Shown here: in pieces, positions 11,045 to 21,877 of the stretch
Position numbering within the stretch: the first letter of the stretch is position 1
How the letters are laid out: each line of letters starts with the position of its first letter
Origin: a bacterium
Lineage (GTDB): Bacteria > SAR324 > NAC60-12
Assembly (NCBI GenBank): GCA_965205865.1
Contig: CBDBHR010000030.1
Span: 800,001 to 864,000 of the forward strand
DNA length: 64,000 nucleotides
Direction of reading: 5' to 3'
Notes under the pieces: model-generated
What the model saw: only the letters and a program-made list of their open reading frames with translations
What the model was told of the DNA's origin: nothing
Databases searched by the model: none
Position numbers and translations under genes: made by a program

Positions 11045-12004
11045 ATGAGAGCCTATATGATCAGGCGGTTATTGCTGATCCTCCCCACCCTGTTTATCTT
11101 GAGCATCCTGGTTTTTCTTTCGGTGCGCTTTATCCCTGGCGATGTCATCGACGTCTTGGAAGGGAGAATGGAATACGCAGAATCGGGGGGGATTGACCGG
11201 GAAGCGTTGGAGCGTCGGCTGGGATTGGATGTGCCTGCCTGGGTGCAGTATGGACGCTGGATCGGCGATATTCTCCTGAACGGCTCTCTGGGCGAGTCCC
11301 TGCTGACCAGTTACGCGGTAGAGGAGGCAATCTTAGAAAGACTGCCGGTCACCCTTGAACTGGGTGTCCTGGCCATCGTCATTGGACTGGTGATCGCGCT
11401 GCCGGTGGGCATCTACTCGGCGATTCGCCAGGATACCGCCGCCGACTACCTGGGGCGCTCCCTGGCCATCATCGGCCTGGCCACGCCTAACTTCTGGCTG
11501 GGAATAATGGTCATGATCTACCCGGCCATCTGGTGGGGTTGGTCGCCCCCGCTGGAGCTGATTCCTTTCACGCAAGACCCGCTGGGGAATCTCTGGGGGT
11601 TCTTCATCCCCAGCCTGATTCTGGGAACGGCCTCGGCGGCTGCGACCATGCGGATGATGCGCACCATGATGCTGGAGGTGCTCCGGCAGGACTATATCAG
11701 GACGGCCTGGTCCAAGGGGCTCCGGGAGCGGGTCGTGGTGATCCGACACGCCATCAAAAATGCCCTCATCCCGGTGGTGACCCTGATTGGTCTGCAGTTG
11801 CCGATCCTGGTGGGGGGTGCGGTAATCATGGAGAACATCTTCAACCTGCCGGGGCTCGGTCGTCTCTTGGTCGATGCCCTCCAAACCCGAGACTACCCCA
11901 TGGTCTCCGGAGTCAACCTGTTTTTCGCCACCGGGGTGGTGCTGCTCAATCTCCTCATCGACCTGATTTATCCCTATCTGGACCCGAGGGTGCGGTATGA
12001 ATAG
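11045..12004 (+). CDS. ABC permease DppB-like (no dppC follows)
   Basis: MRAYMIRRLL..PGD, EAA motif, LDPRVRYE end. Confidence 0.92.
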   Translation: MRAYMIRRLLLILPTLFILSILVFLSVRFIPGDVIDVLEGRMEYAESGGIDREALERRLGLDVPAWVQYGRWIGDILLNGSLGESLLTSYAVEEAILERLPVTLELGVLAIVIGLVIALPVGIYSAIRQDTAADYLGRSLAIIGLATPNFWLGIMVMIYPAIWWGWSPPLELIPFTQDPLGNLWGFFIPSLILGTASAAATMRMMRTMMLEVLRQDYIRTAWSKGLRERVVVIRHAIKNALIPVVTLIGLQLPILVGGAVIMENIFNLPGLGRLLVDALQTRDYPMVSGVNLFFATGVVLLNLLIDLIYPYLDPRVRYE

Positions 12005-12062
12005 TCATGGGAGCGAAAGGTATGAAGTGTAATGGTTCGATAGCTTGTATTCCATTCATAAA

Positions 12063-12124
12063 TGTGTCATTCCGAACGAACGTGAGGAATCTTGAAGATT
12101 TCTCCCTGCGGTCGAGTTGACACT
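12063..12124. repeat. Palindromic element TGTCATTCCGAAC...TGACA
   Basis: Inverted ends; same broad class as elements at 17665, 39823 and 41508. Confidence 0.55.
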
Positions 12125-12172
12125 TGGGGGTACAACCTGATGAACCATTACATCTCAATAAAATCAACGCAC

Positions 12173-12295
12173 GCATCACAAAACGCTTCAGTTGACCACC
12201 ACCACAGCACTTCGACTCTAAATTTTTTTCTTTAAAAATTTTGTTATTCCTCAAATTTTTCTTAAATGTGGCGACAACTGAGCTGATCGTTAAAC
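12173..12295 (+). other. Isolated attC-like site
   Basis: GCATCAC-AAAACGC-TTCAGTTG ... CAACTGAG-CTGATC-GTTAAAC (GTTRRRY end, complementary L boxes). Confidence 0.6.
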
Positions 12296-12677
12296 AGCCT
12301 TTGTTGCCTATTGAAATCCGGGGACAGTTACTAATTATTTGCATTGGAATCGGTCTCCATGAAATCCCAATCCTCCTGTTGGGAATGGGTTCATTCTCTC
12401 CAATGACCGGTTTGGGTCCAGGCCAGGATGGGGATCTGTATCTCAAATCCGGCTTTTTCAGACACGCCCGGAAGAAAAGTGGCGAAGGCCGCCCATCCCC
12501 GCGAGAAATCTGCCAACAAAACAAAAAATCTTTCCTGAAGTCCCTTGACACACCCCTCTTCAAGATGAGCATTCTTCGCAGATCCGCTTTGCCGGAGCGA
12601 GTCATATGGCCCATGCGAATCTGAGACGATGGCCCCATACGCCCAAACTCAGGTTTCGCCGTGGAAGGCAACCTCGC

Positions 12678-12822
12678 GATCGATTGAACAATATCGTGGG
12701 AGGGTTCCCAGCCGTTCGATTGAACAATATCGTGAAAGGACGTGCAAACGATGGATCCTCCCCGGGTATCTTTTTTCAACGTTATTTAACCAAACGAGTT
12801 CTTAAGTGACCTGAATAATTAC
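12678..12822 (+). repeat. Non-coding repeat ending in IS66-like terminus CTGAATAATTAC; further copies at 36180..36288 and 36417..36533
   Basis: Shared CGATTGAACAATA...CGATGGATCCTCCCCGGG.ATCTTTTTT.. Confidence 0.7.
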
Positions 12823-12954
12823 TATTTTCTAATGTTTTCCTAATAAATTTCCAATAATCAAGGAGTAGACTGATGGTTCGTCAATTTATTACCTTAAAGA
12901 CGCTATGCTCGCCTGTGGGCTTTTCAATGCCTTTTACCCCGATTCAAGGCCACT

Positions 12955-14043
12955 ATGAGTCACTACCAAGAAACTGCGGAAAATGATTGGGTTCAAATCA
13001 TTGGACATTTGACCGCCGTCTCTTTGCAGGTGGAGAAAGCGATTGAAGACGCAGTGGATGCCCTCATTCTCAGGAATACGGAATTGGCCTACATCACCAT
13101 CCTTGGCGACAATCCCATCAATCGGGCACTCGAAGAAATCAATCATTTGTGTTATGCGTTTATTGCCCGACATATTCCGAGAGCAGCGGATTTGCGTCGG
13201 ATTTCCTCCATTCTCCGCTTCAATGTCGAACTGGAACGTATCGGAGACTATGCGGTTACCATCTGCAGGGAGATTGCGCAGATTTCCCGCCCATTGGAGG
13301 AGAACATGATCCTCAATGTGGAACAGCTTGCCGAGGAATCCCGATGTATTTTAACCCAATCTACTACCGCATTCAGGGAAGATGATGTGGCATTAGCCAA
13401 GAAAACAATGAAACAGACACGTCAAGCAAAAGGTCATTTTGAGCAAATTTTTCAGGAACTGAGCAACACGGGAAACAGGGAAGTCTGGTCCCTGCAGGAT
13501 CTTTTTGGACTGCTGGCCATTTTCAATGCTTTGGGGCGGATTTGTGACCAATCAAAAAACATCTGTGAAGAGACGGTATTTATTGTGACCGGAGAAACGA
13601 AACAGCGGCAACCCGTGCGCGTCTTGTTTCTGGAAGAGGAATGCGCCGGCCAAAGCATGATGGCCGTATGCATTGCCCGCGATCTTTATCCACGCAGTGG
13701 AGAGTATACCTGCGCCATCAAAGCACAGGTTGGCTCACCGGATCCGCAGATTATCAAACTGCTGGATAGATACGAGTTGGATTGGCAAACCTGGCAACCG
13801 AAAACTACGGCACAGCTTCCCGCATTGGACGATTTCAACGTGATCGTCTGTCTTCAGGGACATGCCGATTCCTACCTGCCAAAGGCTCCTTTTCGTACGG
13901 TGGTGCTGGAATGGGACACGGGTCCGGTGCAGACCGCAATATCTGCAGAACACAAGCAGGTCGTTTACGAAAAAATGTACCAAGACCTTTCATTCCGCAT
14001 CCAACATCTCATGAAAATCATGCGTGGCAAGGTCAATTCTTGA
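12955..14043 (+). CDS. phoU: PhoU-family protein fused to a C-terminal LMW-PTP/ArsC-like domain
   Basis: ELERIGDYA and LGRICDQSKNICE PhoU repeats; VRVLFLEEECAGQSMMA...FNVIVCL...VLEWD LMWPc-like fold. Confidence 0.8.
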   Translation: MSHYQETAENDWVQIIGHLTAVSLQVEKAIEDAVDALILRNTELAYITILGDNPINRALEEINHLCYAFIARHIPRAADLRRISSILRFNVELERIGDYAVTICREIAQISRPLEENMILNVEQLAEESRCILTQSTTAFREDDVALAKKTMKQTRQAKGHFEQIFQELSNTGNREVWSLQDLFGLLAIFNALGRICDQSKNICEETVFIVTGETKQRQPVRVLFLEEECAGQSMMAVCIARDLYPRSGEYTCAIKAQVGSPDPQIIKLLDRYELDWQTWQPKTTAQLPALDDFNVIVCLQGHADSYLPKAPFRTVVLEWDTGPVQTAISAEHKQVVYEKMYQDLSFRIQHLMKIMRGKVNS

Positions 14044-14299
14044 GCAGGGCTTCAGAAAGTCCGGATAGGCATTTAAAAGAACCGGAATTGCTCACCCGTT
14101 AACGGTCAAACCCACCCCACAGACCATATGTTTGGTACTCCTGCCAAACAAAAAGTGACTGACTTTAACGGAAGATGTTTTGGATGAGAGATTCCATAGC
14201 GGAATTGGCGCGGATTCAGGAATTAGTAGTAAAGCAACGAGAATGGAAACAGCAGAATGACTAATTTTTCAATTGCAAAACTATCTAAACCATAAGCAC

Positions 14300-14902
14300 T
14301 CAATCCATGAGGTTGGCGCCGCCGTCTTCCAACTTGGTTGGACGCTTCCAATAGGAGTATTGTGGTGTCCAGTCCTCTTCGCCAAGACCGGCGAGAGCGA
14401 GCAGACTCCATTGTGCGCAATAAATGTCGCCGGGTCCAAAAGCGCAGGAATTCTTGCGCGCAATAGAATCACCGTCGCGTTGATAAACCACTGCGCCTGG
14501 AAAATTGTCGGAACCCTCGAGGACAGATTGCTCATGAATGTAGTCCCCACCACCATGCGAAGCGAGAGAAAATCGCCAACCGCGGGAGTTAGCAAAACGA
14601 CGCTGAACTTCAGGTGAATCCTTCGAGAGCAAGACCACCGACAGAGCCGACTCCAGATGTGACAGCAAACCGTTGAAACCGTCCGCCCACAAGGTGCAGT
14701 AGCGGCATCCCTGGCCCATGTTGTGAATGGCGAGAAGCTTGTCCCGTTCGCCAAACAAGTCGCGTAGTGTCGTCTCGCCGGTTTGTGTCGAGAAGGTATA
14801 ATTTGGTACTGGTGTTCCCGCGCTCTTTTTGCGTAACGCGTTGAGCTCCGCTGTCAACTCACCAATCTTTCGTTCAAGCTCTATGATTTTCTGATGCGAC
14901 AT
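14300..14902 (-). CDS. DUF899 family thioredoxin-like protein
   Basis: TLRDLFG, HNMGQGCRYCTLWADG, RGWRF motifs. Confidence 0.8.
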   Translation of the reverse strand: MSHQKIIELERKIGELTAELNALRKKSAGTPVPNYTFSTQTGETTLRDLFGERDKLLAIHNMGQGCRYCTLWADGFNGLLSHLESALSVVLLSKDSPEVQRRFANSRGWRFSLASHGGGDYIHEQSVLEGSDNFPGAVVYQRDGDSIARKNSCAFGPGDIYCAQWSLLALAGLGEEDWTPQYSYWKRPTKLEDGGANLMD

Positions 14903-15086
14903 AGTTGTCTCCTTTTTTGTATGATCCAAAATTCCTATCTTTTATTTTGTAAAGTACACTATGATATTATCAGCCTGCAAACTTGCGCAAGAGAATAATT
15001 AAAGGTTGCTCTGGGGACATCGTTTTGTTTTAAATGTGTTTGAGGGGGTCGCTTCCCGTGAAATGGTAAGCGGTCTCGGCTGGAGA

Positions 15087-16324
15087 TCAATTTTCCAAAT
15101 ACGATACAAGACGGGTATACGCCTGATTCAGGTTGCGGAAAAATTCGGGACTGCCTCCCTGATCAGGATGATGGGCTTTGGCCAATTTTCGGAAAGCAGA
15201 GCGGATTTCATCGATATTGTTTGTTTCCTGCAACCCGAGCATTTGGTAACAAGTATAAATTGAGGCGAGAGGAGCGTCGTATTGGGGAGACCGTTGCGCT
15301 TTTTGAAATCGATGACGAGCGCGTTGTTTCAAAGAGTATTTCCACTCTTCCGGACTTTGATACATTCCACAAGATTTTGCGTGAGCCGAGATTTTCTGTT
15401 TTAGTTGTTGATACAAACGGTCCCATTCCCAATGACTCTTCCGGACGACAAAATTTTGCGTGAGCCGAGATTTTCTGTTTTAGTTGTTGATAAACGGTCC
15501 CATTCCCAATGACCTTCGAAAAAACCAGGGAAACGCTGTTGCAGTTGGGATTTGAAGGGACGCTGCGATTGGATCATGGAACAAAGACGTTTTGCCGCGG
15601 ATTTTCGCAAGAAGGGGTTCTCAAAACTGTTGGCAATCTGCTGCTGTTCCTGACAACTGAGTTGAGTGATCGGTTCCAGCAGTTCACGAATGGTTTTACT
15701 GGATGCTTGATGGGGGAGCTTTGCTTCAATCAAGGCTTCGAGCTTTTGCTGGGGCAGGGAGAACTGCTGGATCTTTTTGCAGAAACAGCGATGGACTCCC
15801 TGTTGCAATTGGTGGTGGTGGTTCACACTGAAAATTAAGCCGGATGCCGTAATTTTTTCAATATCGACCTGCATGCGTCTCAAGAGGGCTTCGATCTCTC
15901 TGGGATTATTATCCAGTATGGCGTCCAAGTCAATCAAGCGATTTTGATCGGACTCTGGCAATGTCAGTTTCCATTCGGCCAACACTCCGATCCATTCACG
16001 GATATCCATTTTGGTTTTCAGGTTGGCAAGTGTAAGGGGTTGTTGCTGTTGCCGCAGTTGTTTGAGAACTCGCCAAACTTGAAGAGTGTGACTAATGGTT
16101 TTTTGTTTGTGACGCGAGGCTAAAACCAGATGCTCTTCCCGCCATTCCAAGACCCCTTTTTCAACCAGCTTCTTGATGGTTTGTACGAAAGAGTCGTAAC
16201 GAGAACGATATTTTTTTTTCTCCTCGAGAACCCCCTCCAGTGCTTCAAACAGGACTCTTTTTTCCAATATCTCCTGCTCTCGTACAATGCCTATGATGGC
16301 TTGTTGTTTTTTACTCAGTCTCAT
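15087..16324 (-). CDS. J-domain protein with N-terminal wHTH-like region, interrupted by a roughly 79-bp tandem duplication/frameshift at 15372..15512
   Basis: C-terminal YQMLGL..IRSAFRKLAKAHHPDQGG..LNQAY; the duplicated HWEWDRL segment links ORFs 15401..16324 and 15087..15416. Confidence 0.7.
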
Positions 16325-16340
16325 TTTGCCTTCGTACTAC

Positions 16341-16811
16341 TTATTGATCAGCAACCCGAGTGCCCCTACAAGCTGATTGCTCCCCGGAATGAACCACACA
16401 GGTAGCGTCGATTCCTCCCCGGGTATTGTATCGCGTTTTGACAATCAGTTGTTGAGGTTGAAGCAATTTATGCAAATCCTTGAAAATACGGGCGGTCGCA
16501 TCTTCCTGATAAATGCCAACTTGACGGTAGGTTTGAAAATAATATTTCAGAGACTTGAGTTCCACAATAAGACCCTGGGGGATATACTTGACCCAGACTA
16601 TCCCGTAGTCAGGCAATCCCGAAAACGGACAGACGGCTGAAAACTCTTTGAATTTGTAAGACACTCGTTGGCGTGGTCCCTGGTAGGGAAAGGTTTGCAA
16701 CAACTGTAAGTCAATCGTGTTCTCTTTCAAGAAGTCGAATGTTTTCCCTTCCGCATAGGTGTTCGTTTCAAAATCCATATTGCCTCTATCAAGATAAATC
16801 ATCCGGTTCAT
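16341..16811 (-). CDS. queF: NADPH-dependent preQ0 reductase (type I)
   Basis: EFSAVCPFSGLPDYG, VELKSLKYY, RGGI. Confidence 0.93.
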   Translation of the reverse strand: MNRMIYLDRGNMDFETNTYAEGKTFDFLKENTIDLQLLQTFPYQGPRQRVSYKFKEFSAVCPFSGLPDYGIVWVKYIPQGLIVELKSLKYYFQTYRQVGIYQEDATARIFKDLHKLLQPQQLIVKTRYNTRGGIDATCVVHSGEQSACRGTRVADQ

Positions 16812-16816
16812 ATCTC

Positions 16817-17599
16817 TCAATTTCCCATGATGCTGTAGCCACAATCGACATAAATAGTCTGCCCGGTAATGCCGGAGGAGAGGTTACTGCAAAGGAATGC
16901 AGCGGTTTGTGCCACTTCCGTCTGAGAGACATTGCGCCGGAGCGCCGAATGCTCCGCAACTCCCTGCAGGAGTGTTGAAAAATTTTTGATACCTAATGCA
17001 GAAAGCGTGCGAATGGGTCCTGCTGAAATAGCGTTGACTCGGATATTGTCAGGACCCATTTCCCGGGCAAGGTATCGGACGGACGATTCCAATGCCGCTT
17101 TGGCAGGTCCCATGACATTGTAACTTGGTACTGCAAGCACCGCGCCGATATAGGTCATTGAAATAATACTGCCTCCCCCTTGTTCACGCATCAAAGGCGC
17201 CACTCCGGCACTCAAGGCCAAAAGGGAATACGCGCTCACTTCCTGGGCTTTGAGAAATCCTTCCCGGCTGGTCCGGGCAAAAGATCCCCCTAAATCTTCT
17301 TGAGAGGCATAGGCCAGACTGTGCACGAGAAAATCGACTCCTCCCCAACTTTGGGATAAAGTATCGATCAAGGAAGTAATAGCGCTTTCCTGCTGAACAT
17401 CACATGGATGTATGATTGATGCTCCGACTTGTTCTCCCAAAGAACGGACGTTTTTTTCAAAGCGTCCTTTGGGGTCTTCGAGGTAAGTCAGTGCCAATTC
17501 CGCACCACATTGATGCAAGCATCCGGCAATGGACCAGGCAATACTTTTGGAATTTCCAACGCCCAGGACCACTCCTTTTTTCCCACTGAAATCGATCAT
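16817..17599 (-). CDS. fabI: Enoyl-ACP reductase
   Basis: GVGNSKSIAW, YNVMGPAKAALE, ISAGPIRTL. Confidence 0.95.
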   Translation of the reverse strand: MIDFSGKKGVVLGVGNSKSIAWSIAGCLHQCGAELALTYLEDPKGRFEKNVRSLGEQVGASIIHPCDVQQESAITSLIDTLSQSWGGVDFLVHSLAYASQEDLGGSFARTSREGFLKAQEVSAYSLLALSAGVAPLMREQGGGSIISMTYIGAVLAVPSYNVMGPAKAALESSVRYLAREMGPDNIRVNAISAGPIRTLSALGIKNFSTLLQGVAEHSALRRNVSQTEVAQTAAFLCSNLSSGITGQTIYVDCGYSIMGN

Positions 17600-17664
17600 A
17601 ATTTTCCTTCTTGGCAAGAAAGTGTTGATAGTAGCAATCCGGAGGTATGCAGTCAGACTGAAAT

Positions 17665-17714
17665 CCGGATTCCCGCTCCCCGCTTTCGCGGGGACAAGTT
17701 TCGCGAGGATGACG
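17665..17714. repeat. Palindromic repeat half-element GGATTCCCGC...GGATGAC
   Basis: Internal hairpin CCCCGCTTTCGCGGGG. Confidence 0.5.
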
Positions 17715-17790
17715 TATACACTAGGATACTCAAATTATTGAAGATTTATGTCGAACTCAGGTTAGTTTTTTAATTTTTCAATTGCAAAAA

Positions 17791-18711
17791 CTAGCTTCTT
17801 AAAAATTTACCAATGACATCTCCCATCCGCAATGGCTGTCCGATTGCCAATGCGTTCCATTGGATTTGTCCGGGTTTGAAGCAGCATATTACGGTCGAAC
17901 CCAATTCAAAAACACCCAATTCATCTCCTTTTCCGATCAGATAGGGAGGGTTCAAGGCTACCTCCGTGCGTTTTGCGCGAAATTCATTGGTTTTCATGGA
18001 GTGATAAACAAGCTTGATTTTACCAACAACGTTGGCGCCAATTTTCACAACTGCGCATTCTCCTTGTTGGGTTTCCAGATAGGATACAATGCGTTCGTTT
18101 CGCGCAAAAAGATTACGCACACCGTTTACTCCGATGGGACTGACCGTCCAGAGGAGGCCAGGAATGTGGATACAATAGCGAACGCTACCAAAAACCGGAC
18201 TGTGAATGCGATGATAATGATAAGGTGCCAGATAAATCGTGATGTATTGTCCCTCCATGTATTCCCTGGCTCTGGAAGGATCATCCAACAAATCGGCGAT
18301 GGTATAATCCATGCCTTTAGCCTGTATCAAATGTCCGCCTTTGATGGTGCCAAATTGGCCCACGATGCCATCAACCGGGCTGATGATCGTCTCGGGTTTT
18401 GAATCGACGGGACGGGAACCTGGTTTCAAACGCCTCGTGAAAAACGCATTGAAGGTGGAGTATGCCCATACAGGTTCGACGGCTTCCGACATGTTCACTT
18501 GAAAAAACCGGATAAAAAGCTCGATCAAGGGATGGAGTACTAATGGTGGCAAATGACGTTCGGCAACGTTCCCGCAAAATCGGCTGAAAAGGTTCTTGGG
18601 CAAGATCAGGAGGCAGTAAAATTTCAGTCGAAATCGTTTGCCAAGCGTGCCTATTCGTCGAAGTGACGGTCTCCCGACGCGACGTTCCGTGCTGGAAGAA
18701 GGATTGCTCAT
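17791..18711 (-). CDS. psd: Phosphatidylserine decarboxylase proenzyme
   Basis: FNAFFTRRLK, SPVDG, YLAPYHYHRIHSP, FELGST cleavage motif. Confidence 0.95.
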   Translation of the reverse strand: MSNPSSSTERRVGRPSLRRIGTLGKRFRLKFYCLLILPKNLFSRFCGNVAERHLPPLVLHPLIELFIRFFQVNMSEAVEPVWAYSTFNAFFTRRLKPGSRPVDSKPETIISPVDGIVGQFGTIKGGHLIQAKGMDYTIADLLDDPSRAREYMEGQYITIYLAPYHYHRIHSPVFGSVRYCIHIPGLLWTVSPIGVNGVRNLFARNERIVSYLETQQGECAVVKIGANVVGKIKLVYHSMKTNEFRAKRTEVALNPPYLIGKGDELGVFELGSTVICCFKPGQIQWNALAIGQPLRMGDVIGKFLRS

Positions 18712-18754
18712 CGTATGGCCACAGGGAGGAGGGTGGGGTTTCAAATGCGGCTTC

Positions 18755-20563
18755 TCAGGTATTTTCCCCATATTGACGGATTGCGAGCAAGGACTGAATT
18801 TGCGGGCCATCAATGGTTTCCTCTTCCATCAGAATCTTGGCCATTTTATGCAACACTTCTATATGGTCGGTAAGGATTTTTTTTGCCTTTTGATAATGAG
18901 ATTTGAGCATTTTTCGCATTTCCCGATCCACTTGAGAAGCTGTCTTTTCTCCATATTCCCGCTCTTTGCCAAAATCTCTGCCAAATACATGTTGCTGCGT
19001 ATCATCCACCAAGGCAATCGGACCAATAGTCTCGTTCATTCCATAACGACAAATCATGTCACGAACAGTATTGGTGGCCTGTTGGATATCGTTACTGGCA
19101 CCGGTGGTGACTTCATTGAATATGATTTCTTCAGCGGCACGGCCTCCCATGGCAATCGTGACACGCCCTGCCAGATATTCCATGTCAAAAGCACGATTGT
19201 CATTCTCCGGTAAAAAGGACGTCATGCCCAGGGCTCGTCCCCGCGGGACAATGGTCACCTTATGCACAGGATCGGCGCTGTCGGTCAGTATGGCCACCAG
19301 CGCGTGTCCCGCTTCATGATATGCCGTGCTCAATTTTTCTTTTTCAGACATGACCATAGAAGAGCGCTCTGGCCCCATCAGCACCCGGTCCCGGGCTTTT
19401 TCAAAATCGGCCAGGGCCACCGTCTTTCTGTTTTTTCTAGCAGCGCCCAATGCGGATTCATTGACTAAATTCTTTAGATCCGCACCTGAAAACCCGGGAG
19501 TGCCCCTGGCAATCAGACTCAAGTCCACTCCTTCAGTCAAAGTGATTTTTCTGGAGTGAATTTTTAAAATCTCTTCCCTTCCCTTCACGTCAGGCAACGA
19601 GACATGAATTTGGCGGTCAAATCTTCCCGGACGCAATAAGGCAGGATCAAGCACATCCGGTCGGTTAGTGGCCGCAATGACTATGATCCCCTCCATGGAA
19701 TCAAAACCATCCATTTCCACCAGCAATTGATTGAGAGTTTGTTCGCGTTCGTCATTTCCGCTTCCCAATCCGGAGCCCCGGCTTCTTCCTACAGCATCGA
19801 TCTCGTCAATAAAGAGGATACAAGGCGCATCTTTGCGCCCTTCTTCGAACAAATCGCGAACCCGGCTGGCTCCAACTCCGACAAACATTTCAACAAAATC
19901 AGAACCGCTGATACTGAAAAATGGCACTTCCGCTTCCCCGGCGACCGCCTTGGCCAATAAGGTTTTTCCGGTCCCCGGAGGGCCTGACATGAGCACTCCT
20001 TTGGGAATCCGTCCCCCCAGCTTTCTAAACTTGGCAGGGTCTCTCAGAAAATCGATGATTTCCACCAATTCGTCCTTGCTTTCTTCGACCCCTGCGACAT
20101 CCTGGAAGGTGATTTTTCGTTTGCTGGGGTCAATTCGCTGGGCCCGGCTTTTTCCCAGTGAAAACAAGCGTCCGGCAGGCCCTTGCATGCGACGCATCAA
20201 CAGAATCCAGATGGCAAATATGAAGATAAGGGGTCCCCAATGGATCAGTAGGTTCAGATACCATGGTATGCCCGCTTCCGGCACTGAAGAAACCTGGACT
20301 TTATGCTCGCGGAGTAAATTTACCAAATTTGGATTATGCGGAGGAATATTGGTTTGATAGATGCTGCCATCCAAGTATTCGCCTTCGATCGAAGAGTTTC
20401 CAACAATCGTTGCGGTGACAACATTCCCTTCACGAACCTGATGGACAAAATCGCTGTATTTCAAACTGCGAACGTCTGAACTCTGCGAACTACTGAAGAT
20501 ATTCATCAGTAAAACCGCCAAAACCAGAATGCTGAAAATTATCAGGACATTTTCGCTTTTCAA
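18755..20563 (-). CDS. ftsH: ATP-dependent zinc metalloprotease FtsH
   Basis: Two TMs, [19 protein letters not shown]. Confidence 0.97.
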   Translation of the reverse strand: MKSENVLIIFSILVLAVLLMNIFSSSQSSDVRSLKYSDFVHQVREGNVVTATIVGNSSIEGEYLDGSIYQTNIPPHNPNLVNLLREHKVQVSSVPEAGIPWYLNLLIHWGPLIFIFAIWILLMRRMQGPAGRLFSLGKSRAQRIDPSKRKITFQDVAGVEESKDELVEIIDFLRDPAKFRKLGGRIPKGVLMSGPPGTGKTLLAKAVAGEAEVPFFSISGSDFVEMFVGVGASRVRDLFEEGRKDAPCILFIDEIDAVGRSRGSGLGSGNDEREQTLNQLLVEMDGFDSMEGIIVIAATNRPDVLDPALLRPGRFDRQIHVSLPDVKGREEILKIHSRKITLTEGVDLSLIARGTPGFSGADLKNLVNESALGAARKNRKTVALADFEKARDRVLMGPERSSMVMSEKEKLSTAYHEAGHALVAILTDSADPVHKVTIVPRGRALGMTSFLPENDNRAFDMEYLAGRVTIAMGGRAAEEIIFNEVTTGASNDIQQATNTVRDMICRYGMNETIGPIALVDDTQQHVFGRDFGKEREYGEKTASQVDREMRKMLKSHYQKAKKILTDHIEVLHKMAKILMEEETIDGPQIQSLLAIRQYGENT

Positions 20564-20956
20564 TACTCTACCTCCTTGATGGCCCGCAAAAGACCTGACA
20601 TATTTCCAGGTCGTCCCTTTGCATGAGTATGAATTCTACCATTACTCAAATGAATTTTCCAGAGATTTTGATAAAAGGAAAAAGGTTCAATTCGAAACTC
20701 CTTAGTCATGCGTATCAATAGCTGCTGAACCAGATTGTCGACGACGAGTCGGGAAAGGTGATTCTTTGGTTCTCTCGAAGTGCGATCCTGCTTGCTTCAT
20801 CTTACCAACTCCTGCTATATTACTCAAAAATAGAGGGACCGCGCCAGCCTTTATTCTGTGGGCAAGAGTTCCATTCTACCTTTTTAGTGGGCAAGACGCG
20901 CGCACTACTTTGGGGGAGAATTTCTCTACTTGTATATAAACCACTTCCAGACTATC

Positions 20957-21811
20957 ATGCAGGCAAAATTTTTATTCGTGGGTCCAAAAAGTAGTTGGAA
21001 AATCAGCAGAACCCGTCTTGTGGTCCTTAGTACATTTGCAAGCGGACTTTTAGCCCTTCTCATCGCGATTTCGATTTTTCAATTTTTTTCCTATCGTACT
21101 CTGGTTGCCGAACTGCGAATCACCTACGAAAATCAAATGACGACCAATCAGCAGTTGAGAAGCAATTTAAAGGAATTGGAGGAGGAGCAACTTGTTTTGG
21201 AGCGGCAGGTCGATCAAAAAAAATTTCTCCTTGCAGTGACAAAAAAACCCGATTCCATTAAAAAAAAAGAAGATGAATCTGCTCTACAAACAAAAGAAAA
21301 AGAACTCCTCCAGGAAATTACGGACTTGCAAAATACCTTGAATGCTCGGGCAAACCGTATTGTTGAACTAGAAGCGCAGAACAAACAATCTCAGGGCACA
21401 ATCCAGGAACTCTTCCAAAAAATTCCCCTGGTCAAAAGGCAGGTTCTGTCGCAGTCCACAACAACCCCTTTCGCAAGTATTCCTTCTCGGACAATCCCTC
21501 CACTGGATTTGATGATCGATCAATTCCGCATGACGGTCAAAAAAAATTCGATTGAGGTTCAGTTCAATATAAGAAACACGGGAAATAAGACCCAAGCTGG
21601 TCTCGTCATCGTCCGTGCACTTCGCCAAGAAGAACTCGGAGAGGAAATTCCATTCAATCGCAGTCAATCAATGCGCTTTGTCATCAAGCGATATCGCCCC
21701 TTCTCGAAAACATTTAAGCAATCATCAACAAATCCATATATCGCCCTGAGGTTGATCGTTTGGGATCTCAATGAAAATAGGCTGCTGGAAGAGCATTACG
21801 CGGTGGAATGA
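20957..21811 (+). CDS. Membrane-anchored coiled-coil hypothetical protein with C-terminal beta domain
   Basis: Long ORF, one N-terminal TM, heptad-rich middle. Confidence 0.7.
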   Translation: MQAKFLFVGPKSSWKISRTRLVVLSTFASGLLALLIAISIFQFFSYRTLVAELRITYENQMTTNQQLRSNLKELEEEQLVLERQVDQKKFLLAVTKKPDSIKKKEDESALQTKEKELLQEITDLQNTLNARANRIVELEAQNKQSQGTIQELFQKIPLVKRQVLSQSTTTPFASIPSRTIPPLDLMIDQFRMTVKKNSIEVQFNIRNTGNKTQAGLVIVRALRQEELGEEIPFNRSQSMRFVIKRYRPFSKTFKQSSTNPYIALRLIVWDLNENRLLEEHYAVE

Positions 21812-21877
21812 GGAAGGTTTCTCGTCAAAATGAGGAAGGTTTCTCGTCAAAGTGATAAGCAGATTCAAGACGATTCA

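Noticed and set aside
11955-12809. ORFs of 274, 127 and 67 aa
   Set aside because: They run across palindromes, an attC-like site and repeats; no recognisable protein motif
21807-21850. Exact 22-bp tandem duplication at a stop codon
   Set aside because: Only two copies between convergent genes; simple slippage or artefact
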